A stretch of 64,000 nucleotides of DNA from an uncultured delta proteobacterium (GCA_963727625.1 CAVSHR010000002.1:256001-320000); one strand, 5' to 3'. Shown: positions 29,603 to 40,175, counted from the stretch's first letter. The notes: generated from the sequence alone by a model not told the origin. Made by a program: numbers and translations.

Positions 29603-29753
29603 GCATTGACATCGCTGCGAGGGATCAGTTACGTTAAAATCTCTCCGAAAACACGCGACCTGAATTTGAGACCATTGAACGGTCGAGTGAAATTTGGTTT
29701 TTGTTTTCCGGAGTTAAGATCGGTGATCTTAGGAAAGGAATGATCGGAATCTC

Positions 29754-31526
29754 ATGAACCAGTCGACAGGTGCCATGCCGTCAAATTTGCATATTCAGAA
29801 TTGGGTCAAAGAAATGGCCGCGATGTGTCAGCCCGATGATATCTATTGGTGCGACGGATCGGAAGAAGAAAAGGAAAATCTGACCGAGGTAGCGGTCGCC
29901 AGCGGTGATCTCATGCCGCTGAACCAAAAGGAGTTGCCGGGTTGCTATCTGCATCGGAGCGCGGCCAACGACGTAGCCCGGACGGAAAATCTCACGTTCG
30001 TTTGCACCAGAAGCCAGGAGGAAGCCGGCCCTAATAACAACTGGATGGAGCCTGCGGAATCTTACGATCGCCTGGGTAAAATCTTCCGCGGCGCGATGCG
30101 CGGCCGGACCCTCTACGTGATTCCGTTTCTCATGGGGCCGCAAGGCTCGCCGTTTAGCAAGGTGGGCATTCAGGTCACCGACAGCGTTTACGTCGTGCTC
30201 AATATGCGCTTGATGACCCGGATGGGCAAAGTCGCTCTCGATCATCTTGGCGCCTCCGACGATTTTACCCGGTGCCTGCATTCCAAGGCCGACCTCGACA
30301 TGGAGCGGCGCTTCATTTGTCATTATCCGCAAGACAACACGATTTGGAGCGTCGGCTCGGGGTACGGCGGCAACGCGTTGCTGGCAAAAAAATGTCTTGC
30401 GCTGCGCATCGCCAGCAAGCTCGGCCAAAAAGAAGGGTGGTTGGCCGAACATATGCTCATCGTCGGTATTGAAAGCCCCGACGGCGAAATCAGTTATGTT
30501 TGCGGCGCGTTTCCGAGCGCCTGCGGCAAAACCAATCTCTCCATGTTGGTGCCGCCGCCGAGCATGAAGGGCTGGAAGATCCACACGATCGGTGACGATA
30601 TTTCGTGGCTGCGGATCGGCTCGGATGGACGGCTCTGGGCGATCAATCCGGAAGCCGGCTTTTTCGGCGTAGCGCCGGGCACGAGCTCCAAGACCAATCC
30701 GAACGCCATGGCGACGATTAAGAAAGACGCAATTTTCACCAACGTGGCGTTGCGCTCGGACGGCACGGTTTGGTGGGAGGGTCATGACGATCCGACGCCG
30801 AACAACGCGCATGACTGGAGGGGCAGAGCTTGGGACCCGCAGAGCGGTCATCCCGCGGCGCACCCCAACGCGCGCTTTACGGCGTCGATCAAACAGTGCC
30901 CGACCTATTCTCCCGAATGGGAAAAACCCGAGGGGGTGCCGATCAGCGCGATTCTTTTTGGGGCGCGGCGCAACAAGTTGATACCGCTAGTCTACCAATC
31001 GTTTAACTGGCAGCACGGCACATTTCTCGGCGCTACCCTGGCGTCAGAGACCACCGCGGCGGCGACCGGTGCGGTGGGCGTGGTGCGCCGCGATCCGATG
31101 GCGATGCTGCCTTTCTGCGGTTACAACATGGGCGACTATTGGGCCCATTGGCTTTCGATCGCGCGTCGGGCGAGCAATCCACCGAAAGTTTTTCGCGTCA
31201 ATTGGTTTCAGCGAAATGATCAAAACAAGTTTATCTGGCCGGGCTTCGGCGAGAACTTGCGTGTGCTGCGTTGGGTGATCGAGCGCTCGAAGGGCGGCGG
31301 CGCGGCGGATGAGACGCCAATCGGATTCGTTCCCAAGGCATCCGCGCTCAATGGCGGCGATTTGAAAATTTCAAAGGGCGATCTCGATCGGCTCGTTCGC
31401 GTTGATCGCGAAGGTTGGAAGAGCAATTTAAAAAGTCAGGGCGATTATTTCGCTACGTTCGGCGATCATCTGCCGACGGGTATCAAAGACGAACACAAAG
31501 CCCTGGCAAGTCGCCTTAAGGCATAG
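29754..31526 (+). CDS. pckG: GTP-dependent phosphoenolpyruvate carboxykinase
   Basis: GSGYGGNALL, WLAEHM, AFPSACGKTN, GDDI, HPNARF and DPMAMLPFCGY. Confidence 0.97.
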   Translation: MNQSTGAMPSNLHIQNWVKEMAAMCQPDDIYWCDGSEEEKENLTEVAVASGDLMPLNQKELPGCYLHRSAANDVARTENLTFVCTRSQEEAGPNNNWMEPAESYDRLGKIFRGAMRGRTLYVIPFLMGPQGSPFSKVGIQVTDSVYVVLNMRLMTRMGKVALDHLGASDDFTRCLHSKADLDMERRFICHYPQDNTIWSVGSGYGGNALLAKKCLALRIASKLGQKEGWLAEHMLIVGIESPDGEISYVCGAFPSACGKTNLSMLVPPPSMKGWKIHTIGDDISWLRIGSDGRLWAINPEAGFFGVAPGTSSKTNPNAMATIKKDAIFTNVALRSDGTVWWEGHDDPTPNNAHDWRGRAWDPQSGHPAAHPNARFTASIKQCPTYSPEWEKPEGVPISAILFGARRNKLIPLVYQSFNWQHGTFLGATLASETTAAATGAVGVVRRDPMAMLPFCGYNMGDYWAHWLSIARRASNPPKVFRVNWFQRNDQNKFIWPGFGENLRVLRWVIERSKGGGAADETPIGFVPKASALNGGDLKISKGDLDRLVRVDREGWKSNLKSQGDYFATFGDHLPTGIKDEHKALASRLKA

Positions 31527-31535
31527 AGTATTTCT

Positions 31536-31760
31536 GGCGCGGGGATATCACGACGTCGGCGGACTTCCAGGGGCGGGAACGATAGATCAAAGCCAGCACG
31601 ATGTTTCCGACTGGGAGATTCGCGCCGACGCGGTGAACCAAGCGTCGGGTGCAAAGGGCATCAAACGAACCGAAGGGAACGGACGGTTGGACAGCAGCGA
31701 GAGCTGTCCAACTTAGCAAGTCGGGATAGCAAGATCGGCGTGATGGACGCATTACCCGCC
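31536..31760 (+). ncRNA. Candidate structured non-coding RNA of unknown class
   Basis: The ends pair (ATCACGACG/CGGCGTGAT); inner stems TTCCGACT/AGTCGGGA, CCGACGC/GCGTCGG and GTTGGACAGC/GCTGTCCAAC; no credible ORF. Confidence 0.35.
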
Positions 31761-31870
31761 ATTCCTGAAAAGTACCGAAGAGTTTCCTCGATAATCTTTA
31801 AGCTCCGCAACCGCCAGTTACGTTGGAGTACTGGCCCTCGAGAGGGCCAAGGGTGAGCTTAATTTTTAAG

Positions 31871-31899
31871 TTGCATTTTTCGGCTACTGTTCGTACCAT
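31871..31899 (+). promoter_or_regulatory. Sigma-70-like promoter
   Basis: TTGCAT-17 nt-TACCAT upstream of the ORF at 31974. Confidence 0.5.
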
Positions 31900-31973
31900 T
31901 TACACTATAAATTAGGTAAATGCGTTTTTTAGAGCCTCCATCAATCCATCGACCCAATGCAAAAGCGTGCAAT

Positions 31974-32450
31974 ATGGCCCAGGTAGCCTACGCTACGGCC
32001 TTGCGCTGTATCGGCCAGGATCTGGAGCGGCGGGGATTGAAGGCTTTTGATGTTCGCGTTGGCCGAGACGAATACGTTGTCGATTGCGCTTACCAGGAAC
32101 CACCGGCGCCGACTCCGGTTTCGATTCGTTATGCTATTGACGATATCGAAGAGCTCAATCGAGCCGGTGAAAGCAAACGCGGCACGATACTGCCGGCCAC
32201 GGAATTTATCAATCATGTCCAGATGTTTCGGACGATCGGCGGCTTCCTTGACAATAATGAGGCGCAACTGATCCGCGTGACCAACAATGACGCGACCCAA
32301 ACGGGATCGTTGATAAGAGTCGAATACTTCACAAAAGATGGCGAGCGAGTCGTAGATGACCGAGCAGGCTCAGCAATTTACGACATGTGCGTGCAAATGT
32401 ACAAGCAGAGAGGCAAACTAACCGGCACCAGTGGTCAACGCGGACGCTGA
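31974..32450 (+). CDS. Hypothetical protein
   Basis: 158-aa ORF that appears internally duplicated (LRCIGQDLE / FRTIGGFLD); preceded by a promoter. Confidence 0.75.
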   Translation: MAQVAYATALRCIGQDLERRGLKAFDVRVGRDEYVVDCAYQEPPAPTPVSIRYAIDDIEELNRAGESKRGTILPATEFINHVQMFRTIGGFLDNNEAQLIRVTNNDATQTGSLIRVEYFTKDGERVVDDRAGSAIYDMCVQMYKQRGKLTGTSGQRGR

Positions 32451-32538
32451 GGGCTGAGTCTAGCCGGATTGAACTCAACGAAGAGAATCCTTTGCAGCTT
32501 GCATGGCGAGATAATTTGTCTCGGGGGCGTCGCGAATA

Positions 32539-33039
32539 TTGGACACGAATTTCGACTACTATTCCCTTTTGAATCTCAAGCGAAGCGCGAGCCAGGAAGA
32601 CATCAAGCGGGCTTATCGTAAAGCTGTCTTTCGCTACCATCCGGATCGTAATCCCGGCGACGTAGAAGCGGCGGGAAAATTCAAGCAGGTATTAGATGCT
32701 TACGAGGTGCTGTCGGACGCAAGTAGGCGCGCCAACTATGATCAAGTAACCCGCCCCGCCGAAGCTGAAAACGAAGTTGAAGATGAGCCAACCAAAGAAG
32801 AAGCTCCGCAATTCGGCTCCGATCCCGGCAACGGTTTTCATTTCACCCAGGATTTTAAGCACAAGGTCGAGCCGGAGCCGAAGTGTCCTTCCTGCTCGGT
32901 CGTGGGCACCGACCATATCGTCTCGCGCAAAGCCGGATCGAGCTCGGCGCGCGGCAAGCAGTTCATCCTGTCGCCTTTCAACATTATCTTCTGCAATTCC
33001 TGCGGCCACGTTTACGGTGTGACGCCGTCGTCCAGCTGA
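32539..33039 (+). CDS. J-domain protein with C-terminal CxxC...CxxC zinc ribbon
   Basis: DYYSLL...IKRAYRK...YHPDRNPGD...AYEVLSD, acidic linker, then CPSC...CNSCG. Confidence 0.88.
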   Translation: MDTNFDYYSLLNLKRSASQEDIKRAYRKAVFRYHPDRNPGDVEAAGKFKQVLDAYEVLSDASRRANYDQVTRPAEAENEVEDEPTKEEAPQFGSDPGNGFHFTQDFKHKVEPEPKCPSCSVVGTDHIVSRKAGSSSARGKQFILSPFNIIFCNSCGHVYGVTPSSS

Positions 33040-33226
33040 TATCCGATAGATTCTTTCTTCGCCAGCGGCTGTGGACTCGCTCAAACTCGGAAACCGGCCG
33101 CGAATACGTGGACCGACAGTCCATCTCTTGAACCGAGTTTAAGATTTTCGCCGAGGTTGAAATTCGCGCGTCCAAAACGTCAAAGAGGGGATATCGATAA
33201 CTGGCTAGAGAATTCCTATTCCTGAC

Positions 33227-33988
33227 TCAGTGCATCACCCCACCGCCCTCGACGACGAGCAGTTGGCCGGTGATGAAGTCGCTGTCGGAGCTCGCCAAGA
33301 AGAGCGCGGTGCCGACGATGTCGGCCGGGGTTTCGACGCGGCGGAAGGCGCGCTTGTCGATGCTGCCCTCGCGCCGTTTCAAGACTTCTTCAGACACCGA
33401 CTCTTCGCTCATGGTCGAGCCGGGCGTCATGCAATTGACGTTGATGTTCCATTCGCCCAGTTGGCGCGCCATGACGCGGGTCAGCGCGACCACGCCGCCT
33501 TTGGCGGTGGTGTAGTGTGGCATATTGCCCGAGCCGCTGAAAAAAGTCCCGGAGGCGATGTTGATGATCTTGCCGCTTTTCTGCTGCTTCATTATCGGAA
33601 TCACCGCCTTGCTGCAGAAAAAGACGCCGTTCAAGTTGACTTCCATCACCCGGTCCCATTCCTCGATTGCCAACTCTTCCACCGGCCCTTTCCACAATCG
33701 TTGCGTGACGTAGATCGCCGCGTTGTTGAGCAGCACGTCGATGCGGCCGTATTTCTTGACCGTCTCCTCCATCAAGCCCTGGACATTGGGAAAACTGCGC
33801 ACGTCGGACGTCCTTGCCCAGGCCGAGCCGCCGCTTTCGGTAATCGCTTTAGCTGTGGCTTCGCCGCCCGGCGCGTCGATGTCGGCGATAACCAGATGTG
33901 CGCCCTCTTCGGCGAAGCGCCGGGCGTAGGCTTTGCCGATGCCGTGGGCAGCGCCCGTGATGATGGCGACCTTGTCTTTTAATCGCAT
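33227..33988 (-). CDS. SDR family oxidoreductase
   Basis: TGAAHGIG, NNAA, YTTAK and FITGQ. Confidence 0.95.
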   Translation of the reverse strand: MRLKDKVAIITGAAHGIGKAYARRFAEEGAHLVIADIDAPGGEATAKAITESGGSAWARTSDVRSFPNVQGLMEETVKKYGRIDVLLNNAAIYVTQRLWKGPVEELAIEEWDRVMEVNLNGVFFCSKAVIPIMKQQKSGKIINIASGTFFSGSGNMPHYTTAKGGVVALTRVMARQLGEWNINVNCMTPGSTMSEESVSEEVLKRREGSIDKRAFRRVETPADIVGTALFLASSDSDFITGQLLVVEGGGVMH

Positions 33989-34048
33989 TCGTCCTCCCAA
34001 ACGGCGTTGCCGCCGAATCGTTGGTACTGCAAGCGGCAGGTGCACGGT

Positions 34049-34909
34049 CTATGAGAAGCTCGGCGTTTTGCCGCTAAAGAACTTTTCAAGTTGCGCCGGC
34101 GGAAAACGCAGGCCGATGAAAAACGCGCCGAACAGGCCGTAGGCGGCGCTGGCTTCATCGAAACGCATCTCGTAGACAAGTTTTTTAAACACCAGCGGGT
34201 CGTCGGCAAAAAGGTCGACGCCCCATTCCCAGTCATCGAAGCCGATGGAACCGGAGATGATCTGGGTCACACGGCCGGCGTAATGGCGGCCGATCATGCC
34301 ATGCTCGCGCATCATACGCTGGCGCTCGCGGATTGGCTCGCTGTACCAGTTTTTCGTCTCACCGCGGAACTTGTTCATCGGATAGAAACACAGGTAGCGC
34401 CGCTGGGGAATTTCCGGCCAGAGGCGGGGCGCTGAGTTTTCACGCTGCTTGGTCAGTTCGGCCTCGACTTCACGGTTCCATTCGGCGGTTCCCGGTTTTA
34501 GTCCCTTCGCCGTCCACTCGTCGTACGCTTTGACCGATGCCTCGTAAAGCCCTAGTTCCACCACCGACACATAGGAAGACGTTGGTTCGAGAAACTCATT
34601 CAGCTCGGAGCGGGCGACGTTCAGCTCGGCGTCGTTCAGCTCATCCAAAGTCTTGCGAAAATGCACCAGCATCAAATCGGCCTTGTGTCCGACCATGGAG
34701 AAAAGACCGGTCGTTGCTTGCGTTTGCTGCGCCATGATGCCGAGCATCGCCCGGGAGCCGTCGAGAATATGTTTTTGATCCGAAGAGCCGAGACCGCGCC
34801 ACGCGGTCCAGCGCACGCGAAACATCTGATGAAGTATGAACGAGCCGTCGAGAGTCAGCGGCGTAGTGGGCAGCTCGGCGTTTTGTCGGTTGGCTGGTGG
34901 GTGTTCCAT
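34049..34909 (-). CDS. hemQ: Coproheme decarboxylase HemQ/ChdC (chlorite dismutase-like family)
   Basis: GHKADLM, YPMNKFR, WY, EHGMIGRHY, GFDDWEWGVDLFADD and YEMRFDE. Confidence 0.85.
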   Translation of the reverse strand: MEHPPANRQNAELPTTPLTLDGSFILHQMFRVRWTAWRGLGSSDQKHILDGSRAMLGIMAQQTQATTGLFSMVGHKADLMLVHFRKTLDELNDAELNVARSELNEFLEPTSSYVSVVELGLYEASVKAYDEWTAKGLKPGTAEWNREVEAELTKQRENSAPRLWPEIPQRRYLCFYPMNKFRGETKNWYSEPIRERQRMMREHGMIGRHYAGRVTQIISGSIGFDDWEWGVDLFADDPLVFKKLVYEMRFDEASAAYGLFGAFFIGLRFPPAQLEKFFSGKTPSFS

Positions 34910-34950
34910 GGTGCCAGTTGTATTTTGCTGTCTTCGCGCGCGATTCGGTT

Positions 34951-35592
34951 TTACATCGGCTGGGGCGAAGAGCCAGGCGGCGTAGGCTGATCCGGTTTGA
35001 CGCCGCGCATTTTGTTCCGTAGCGCTTGAAAACCGTGTTTTGCAAGACGAAAAATTTTCGGTATCAGCCACACCATCAAACCGAGGAAGGCCAACACCAG
35101 GATCATCATCACAATCGGGTGATTGAACATCAGCCAAACACTGCCTAAAACGGTGACGTCTTCAGCGAAGCTGGCGATCCAGTTGCTGAACGGCTCCGGA
35201 CTGGCGTTGATCGCCAGTCTCGTCGTCGCCTTGGTGCCGTGCGCGACTAGTGCGATGGTGCCGCCGCCGAGCACGGCCATCAATTCCAACGCCGGATTCA
35301 CGTCGCCGAGCGAGCGCGCTGCCAGGATCGCACCGGCCGGCACGCGTATGAAGGTGTGCAGGACATCCCAACCGGTGTCGACGTAAGGCACTTTGTCGGC
35401 GACGAATTCGATCACGTACATGATGCAGGCGATGGCGATGACGCCGGGATGGGACAGGACTTCGAGACCCGGCGGCAACTGGATCATCTCCAAGCGATTG
35501 GCGATGCCCAGCGCCGCGACGGTGGCATAGAGATTGATTCCCGAGGTCCAGGCCGTGCCCATCGCCAAACTCAATGCTTCAATCGTGCCCAT
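34951..35592 (-). CDS. DUF4126 membrane protein
   Basis: WTSGINLYAT, EFVADKVPYVD and SPEPFSNWIASFAED. Confidence 0.9.
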   Translation of the reverse strand: MGTIEALSLAMGTAWTSGINLYATVAALGIANRLEMIQLPPGLEVLSHPGVIAIACIMYVIEFVADKVPYVDTGWDVLHTFIRVPAGAILAARSLGDVNPALELMAVLGGGTIALVAHGTKATTRLAINASPEPFSNWIASFAEDVTVLGSVWLMFNHPIVMMILVLAFLGLMVWLIPKIFRLAKHGFQALRNKMRGVKPDQPTPPGSSPQPM

Positions 35593-35693
35593 TGGATCAC
35601 CTCGATCCCGGTTCTTATAAGGACCGGTGTATTATAGCTTTGACGTTGCTATGGGCAAAACTATAGCAAAACTTCGGGGCATGAATCATGCCA

Positions 35694-37124
35694 TTAAATT
35701 TTATACTTACCGGCAATCCGGTCCTTGTATTCCTTGGTAAATGCGTTCACCGCCGGGAACTGGTCCATCCACTTATAGGGCCGGCAAGCGTCGATGAGCA
35801 CGCGGTCGGATGTGTAACCACGCGGTGAGCGTTCTTCCGGTGGCATGGCCGGCTCACAAACTGAAGCCCAGACGTCTTTGATGATGTCGATGCCGCCGCG
35901 CACGTAGCAGCGCGTGGCGATGGCCCAGATCACTTCGCCCGGGTTGGTGATGTCGATGTCGTCATCGACGACGACAACAAACTTGCCGCCGTAGGCGCCG
36001 GCACGGGCGCCGGCAGCGACTAGCAACGCTTGCTTCGAGTGGCCGGCGTAGCGCTGCTTGATCGAGACTACGGTGAACGGCCCCGGCTGCCCACCGTAGA
36101 CAAATCCCCACACGCCTTTGACTTCCGGAATGCCGGCCTTTTCCAACTGCTCCCACAAAGTCGCGGCGCCCAGTGGCATCGGCAGGTAACTCGCCGGCGG
36201 CTTGAGCGGCGGCGCGCCGAGCAGGATCGGATTATTTCTGTAGTACACTCGCCTTACTGTCATCACTGGAGTTTCGCCGACGTTTTCTTCCGTAAAATAT
36301 CCAGGCCACTCGCCGAAGGGGCCTTCCTTCGGCATATCCTCGTCTTTCATCGGCGGTAGTTCGCCTTCGAGGACGATCTCGGCGTTAGCCGGAATCGGCA
36401 GACCGGTGGCCGCGCCGCGCGCGACGGGAACCGGCGCGCCCTGTAAATAGCCGGCGAATTCCAATTCGTTGACATCCGGCGGCAGCGGCATCTGCGCGGC
36501 GAGAAAAACCGCCGGACCCTGGCCCAGCGTGATCGCGATCGGCAGCGGCTTGCCGGCATCGCGGGCGCGTTCGAAGGCGAGCCGGCCGTGTTTGCCCATG
36601 TTCATCTTGACCGAAACGTGATTTTTATCCTGTACCATCACGCGGTACGTGCCGATGTTGACCTTGCCGGTTTCCAAATCTTTGGTGATGACACCGCAGC
36701 CGGTGCCGATAAACGGCCCGCCATCGAGATCGTGCCACTTGGGTGTCGGGAATTTGTACAGATCGACTTGATCGTCGACCATCTGGTTTTCCATCACCGG
36801 GCCGCCTTCAACTTGCTGCACTGGGACAGGTTTGTAGGCCGCAAGTTTTTTGCGCCAAGCATAGAGAAAATCGATGCCGTTCTCTTCATTGATGCCCATC
36901 GCCGGGCCGGTGCGCTTGCAAGTGCGAAAAACGTTGGAGATAACGCGGAAGCCCGACGGATAGTTTTTGAAATTATTAAACAGCAGCGCCGGTCCTTCTT
37001 GCTCGGCCGCCCGTTCGGTGAGCGCGCCCACTTCCAGGTTCAAATCCACGCCGTTGAACTCGCGCAGCTCTCCCATCTCTTTGAGCAATTCGACGTAGCC
37101 TCTCATATCGGTAACGTCAGCCAT
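35694..37124 (-). CDS. UbiD-family (prFMN) decarboxylase
   Basis: GPALLF, DGGPFI, NIGTYR, EGPFGEWPGY and VVVDDDID. Confidence 0.94.
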   Translation of the reverse strand: MADVTDMRGYVELLKEMGELREFNGVDLNLEVGALTERAAEQEGPALLFNNFKNYPSGFRVISNVFRTCKRTGPAMGINEENGIDFLYAWRKKLAAYKPVPVQQVEGGPVMENQMVDDQVDLYKFPTPKWHDLDGGPFIGTGCGVITKDLETGKVNIGTYRVMVQDKNHVSVKMNMGKHGRLAFERARDAGKPLPIAITLGQGPAVFLAAQMPLPPDVNELEFAGYLQGAPVPVARGAATGLPIPANAEIVLEGELPPMKDEDMPKEGPFGEWPGYFTEENVGETPVMTVRRVYYRNNPILLGAPPLKPPASYLPMPLGAATLWEQLEKAGIPEVKGVWGFVYGGQPGPFTVVSIKQRYAGHSKQALLVAAGARAGAYGGKFVVVVDDDIDITNPGEVIWAIATRCYVRGGIDIIKDVWASVCEPAMPPEERSPRGYTSDRVLIDACRPYKWMDQFPAVNAFTKEYKDRIAGKYKI

Positions 37125-37346
37125 TTGTCCTCCTGATTTGCGGTTTATAGTATTGTGGCAAGTCAGGCGAGTCAAACGAGCTGCGGGATGTCATGCCGCA
37201 AGGGTTTTGCTCACCGCATTGTTGCAGGCCTATAAGTGAGCGGCTATACGGTTCAGGTCGATGAATCAAATCGAAAACCGCTATTGCAGTTGACGCACAG
37301 CAACCCCAACTTGACTTTAAGCCTCCATCCTTTACTTTAATTTGTG

Positions 37347-38672
37347 ATGCAGCGATTCTGTTTTGGCTTTTTACTTGCCTTGCTTTCGGTTTTCACCGGA
37401 TTAGCCCCCCTCAACGCAGCTCAGGTGCAGGAATTCGTCCTCGATAACGGTCTCAAGGTTTTACTCCTGGAGGATCACAAGAGCCCGGCGGTGACCTTTC
37501 AAGTCTGGTACCGCGTCGGCGCGCGCAATGAAAAAGACGGCAAAAGCGGCTTGGCCCATTTTCTCGAGCACATGATGTTCAAGGGCACGCCGACCACCGG
37601 GCCGGAGGAGTATTCGCGCATCATCGCCAAAAATGGCGGGCGCTCCAACGCCTTCACCTCGTCGGATACGACGGTCTATTTCGCGACCATGAGCCGGGAA
37701 AAAATCGACATCGAGCTCGAACTGGAAGCCGACCGCATGGCTAACGCGCTCCTGGGTGAGAAGTATTTCGAGCCAGAAAAAAAAGTCATTCAAGAGGAAC
37801 GCCGCCTGCGCACCGAAGACAACCCGATCTCGGCATTGAGCGAAGTCGCGAGCGCGGTCGCCTTTACGATTCACCCCTATCGCCGGCCGGTGGTGGGCTG
37901 GATGGAGGATATTCAACACCTCACACGCCAGGACCTGGTAAATTTTTATAAGCTCTATTATGCGCCGAACAACGCCTATATCGTCGTTGTCGGCGATTTC
38001 TCAACGGAGGAAATTCTGCCGAAAATCAAGTCAGCCTACGGCAAGATTCCGCGCGCCGCGCCGGCTCCGAAAGTATGGGCCGAAGAGCCGGAACAGCGTG
38101 GCGAGCGCAGTGTAGTATTGAAAAAGGAAGCCGAGCTGCCGTTTACGCTCATGTTCTACCGCGCGCCCAACCTCAAAAGCCCCGACAGTTTCGCGCTCGA
38201 TCTTTTGTCGGTGGTTCTGGCCGGCGGCCGCAGCTCGCGGCTTTATCATGAGCTGGTTTATCAGAAGCGTTTAGTGCGCAGTGTGGATGCCGACTACAGC
38301 GGTGTTTCCATCGATCCCATGGGATTTTCCATTTATGCGCAGATGCTTCCCGGGATCGAGCCCGCTCGCGTCGAATCCGAAGTTGATAGTCAGCTGGAAA
38401 AAGTTAAGGCTGAATTGATCAGCGATCGCGAATTAGTAAAAGCTAAAAATCAAATCGAAGCTGCATTTGTTTTCGCACAGGATTCGATTTTCGGCCAGGC
38501 GATGAAGATCGGTTACTACGAAGCGGCCGGCGGCTGGCGGCAGATGGACGATTATCTCGATGGCATTCGCAAGGTTAGCCGCGAAGATATCCGCCGGGTG
38601 GCGCGGCAATATTTAATTCGCGACCGCCGCACCGTCGGCACGTTGATTCCAACCAAAGACAAGCCTCAATGA
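37347..38672 (+). CDS. M16 zinc peptidase (active subunit), secreted
   Basis: Signal peptide, GLAHFLEHMMFKG (HxxEH) and NAFTS. Confidence 0.95.
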   Translation: MQRFCFGFLLALLSVFTGLAPLNAAQVQEFVLDNGLKVLLLEDHKSPAVTFQVWYRVGARNEKDGKSGLAHFLEHMMFKGTPTTGPEEYSRIIAKNGGRSNAFTSSDTTVYFATMSREKIDIELELEADRMANALLGEKYFEPEKKVIQEERRLRTEDNPISALSEVASAVAFTIHPYRRPVVGWMEDIQHLTRQDLVNFYKLYYAPNNAYIVVVGDFSTEEILPKIKSAYGKIPRAAPAPKVWAEEPEQRGERSVVLKKEAELPFTLMFYRAPNLKSPDSFALDLLSVVLAGGRSSRLYHELVYQKRLVRSVDADYSGVSIDPMGFSIYAQMLPGIEPARVESEVDSQLEKVKAELISDRELVKAKNQIEAAFVFAQDSIFGQAMKIGYYEAAGGWRQMDDYLDGIRKVSREDIRRVARQYLIRDRRTVGTLIPTKDKPQ

Positions 38673-39994
38673 AAAATCTCCGCTTGTGGTTGCTCGCCGT
38701 CCTGGCAGTGATCCTATGCTTGCGACCGGTGCAGGCGGGCATGGTGCCCAAACGCATGGTGCTCGATAACGGTCTCGTGCTTCTGACCTCGGAGCAGCGC
38801 GCCTTGCCGATGGTTTCGATCGAGATGCTGATCGACGCCGGCTCGCGCTACGAAAGCGCGAGCCAGGCGGGCTTGGCCAACTTAACGGCGAGACTTCTGA
38901 CTTATGGGACACAGGGGCGCAGCGCTTTGCAGATCAGCGAGGCGCTCGATTTTATCGGCGCTCGTTTATCGGCCGGCTGCGGCGAGGACGTTGCCAGCGT
39001 CAGTCTGACGATTCTAAAAAAAGACCTCGCCACGGGACTCGAACTGCTGGCGGAAATTTTGACAGAATCGACGTTTCCCCAGGCGGAAATCGACCGCCAG
39101 AAACAAGCCATCATCGCGTCCATACGCGCCCGGGAGGAAGATCCCGGTGCGGTGGCGGCGACCCAATTTGCCGCTGCTCTGTTTCCGCGAAGCCCCTACG
39201 GCCGGCCAGTGGAAGGCGCCGAGGATTCGGTTAAGGGCCTGCAGCGGAAAAGCCTGCAAGAGCATTTTGCCCGCTATTACCGCCCTAATCGCGCGATCAT
39301 TGCGGTCGTCGGCGACGTCGCCGAAAAGGAGATTGCCCAGGCCCTGAACAAGTCCTTCGGCGGATGGAACAAGGGCGAGCCGAGCGGCAAGCCGCTGGTG
39401 CCGGCAATCATCGGCGCGCCGGAGCAACTGCGCGTCAATAAAGACTTGACCCAGTCGAATATCATTCTCGGACACAATGGCATAACGCGCGGCAACCCAG
39501 ATTACTATGCTGTTCAAGTGATGAATTATATTCTCGGTGGCGGCGGATTCTCCTCGCGGGTGATGGATTCCATCCGCAACGAGCGCGGGCTGGCCTACTC
39601 GGTTTACAGTTACTATGCGGCGGAAAAGAGCCACGGCAGCTTTCAGTTCGTGATGCAGACCAAAAACGAAACCGCCCTGGAAGCGATTCGGATCGCCAAG
39701 TATGAAATCCGCCGGATGCGCGAAGAACCGGCGAGCGAACAAGAATTGAACGATGCGAAAGACTATTTGATCGGCAGCTTCCCGCTGCGCTTCGACACCA
39801 ATCGCAAAGTTGCTGGCTTTCTCGCCCAGGTCGAATACTATCAGCTCGGTTTGGACTACCCGGAGCAATATGCGGCGCTTATTCGCAAAGTTAGCGGCGC
39901 GGATGTGCAGCGCGTCGCCCGACAGTATTTGCTGCCGGAAAAGCTGATCACGGTAATCGTTGGCAATTTAAAGAAGTTGGGCGACAAGCCATAA
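38669..39994 (+). CDS. M16 peptidase inactive partner subunit
   Basis: Signal peptide, no HxxEH, ILGGGGFSSR...RNERGLAYSV; ATGA overlap with the previous gene. Confidence 0.93.
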   Translation: MKNLRLWLLAVLAVILCLRPVQAGMVPKRMVLDNGLVLLTSEQRALPMVSIEMLIDAGSRYESASQAGLANLTARLLTYGTQGRSALQISEALDFIGARLSAGCGEDVASVSLTILKKDLATGLELLAEILTESTFPQAEIDRQKQAIIASIRAREEDPGAVAATQFAAALFPRSPYGRPVEGAEDSVKGLQRKSLQEHFARYYRPNRAIIAVVGDVAEKEIAQALNKSFGGWNKGEPSGKPLVPAIIGAPEQLRVNKDLTQSNIILGHNGITRGNPDYYAVQVMNYILGGGGFSSRVMDSIRNERGLAYSVYSYYAAEKSHGSFQFVMQTKNETALEAIRIAKYEIRRMREEPASEQELNDAKDYLIGSFPLRFDTNRKVAGFLAQVEYYQLGLDYPEQYAALIRKVSGADVQRVARQYLLPEKLITVIVGNLKKLGDKP

Positions 39995-40175
39995 CGCCGA
40001 TTCGAAAGACAATCATGGCCGTCCAAATCGTGGTCGAATTCTTCTTGAGCATGGCACCAGGTTTGCTGTTAGAATAACCAACCGGCAATTAAGAGCTTGA
40101 CAGCCGGTGACGGGCTGCGCCATATTCGCTCCGAGTGTCGAATGGCAAGTCGTCCCGCGATTGAGTTCCCGGTTT

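Noticed and set aside
31545-31600. tRNA-Sec, tmRNA or RNase P in the pckG downstream region (GGACTTCCA, GAGGAAAC look-alikes)
   Set aside because: No UCA anticodon arm or T-loop, no CCA end, and no GAGGAAAGUCC or AGAACCCGGCUUA core.
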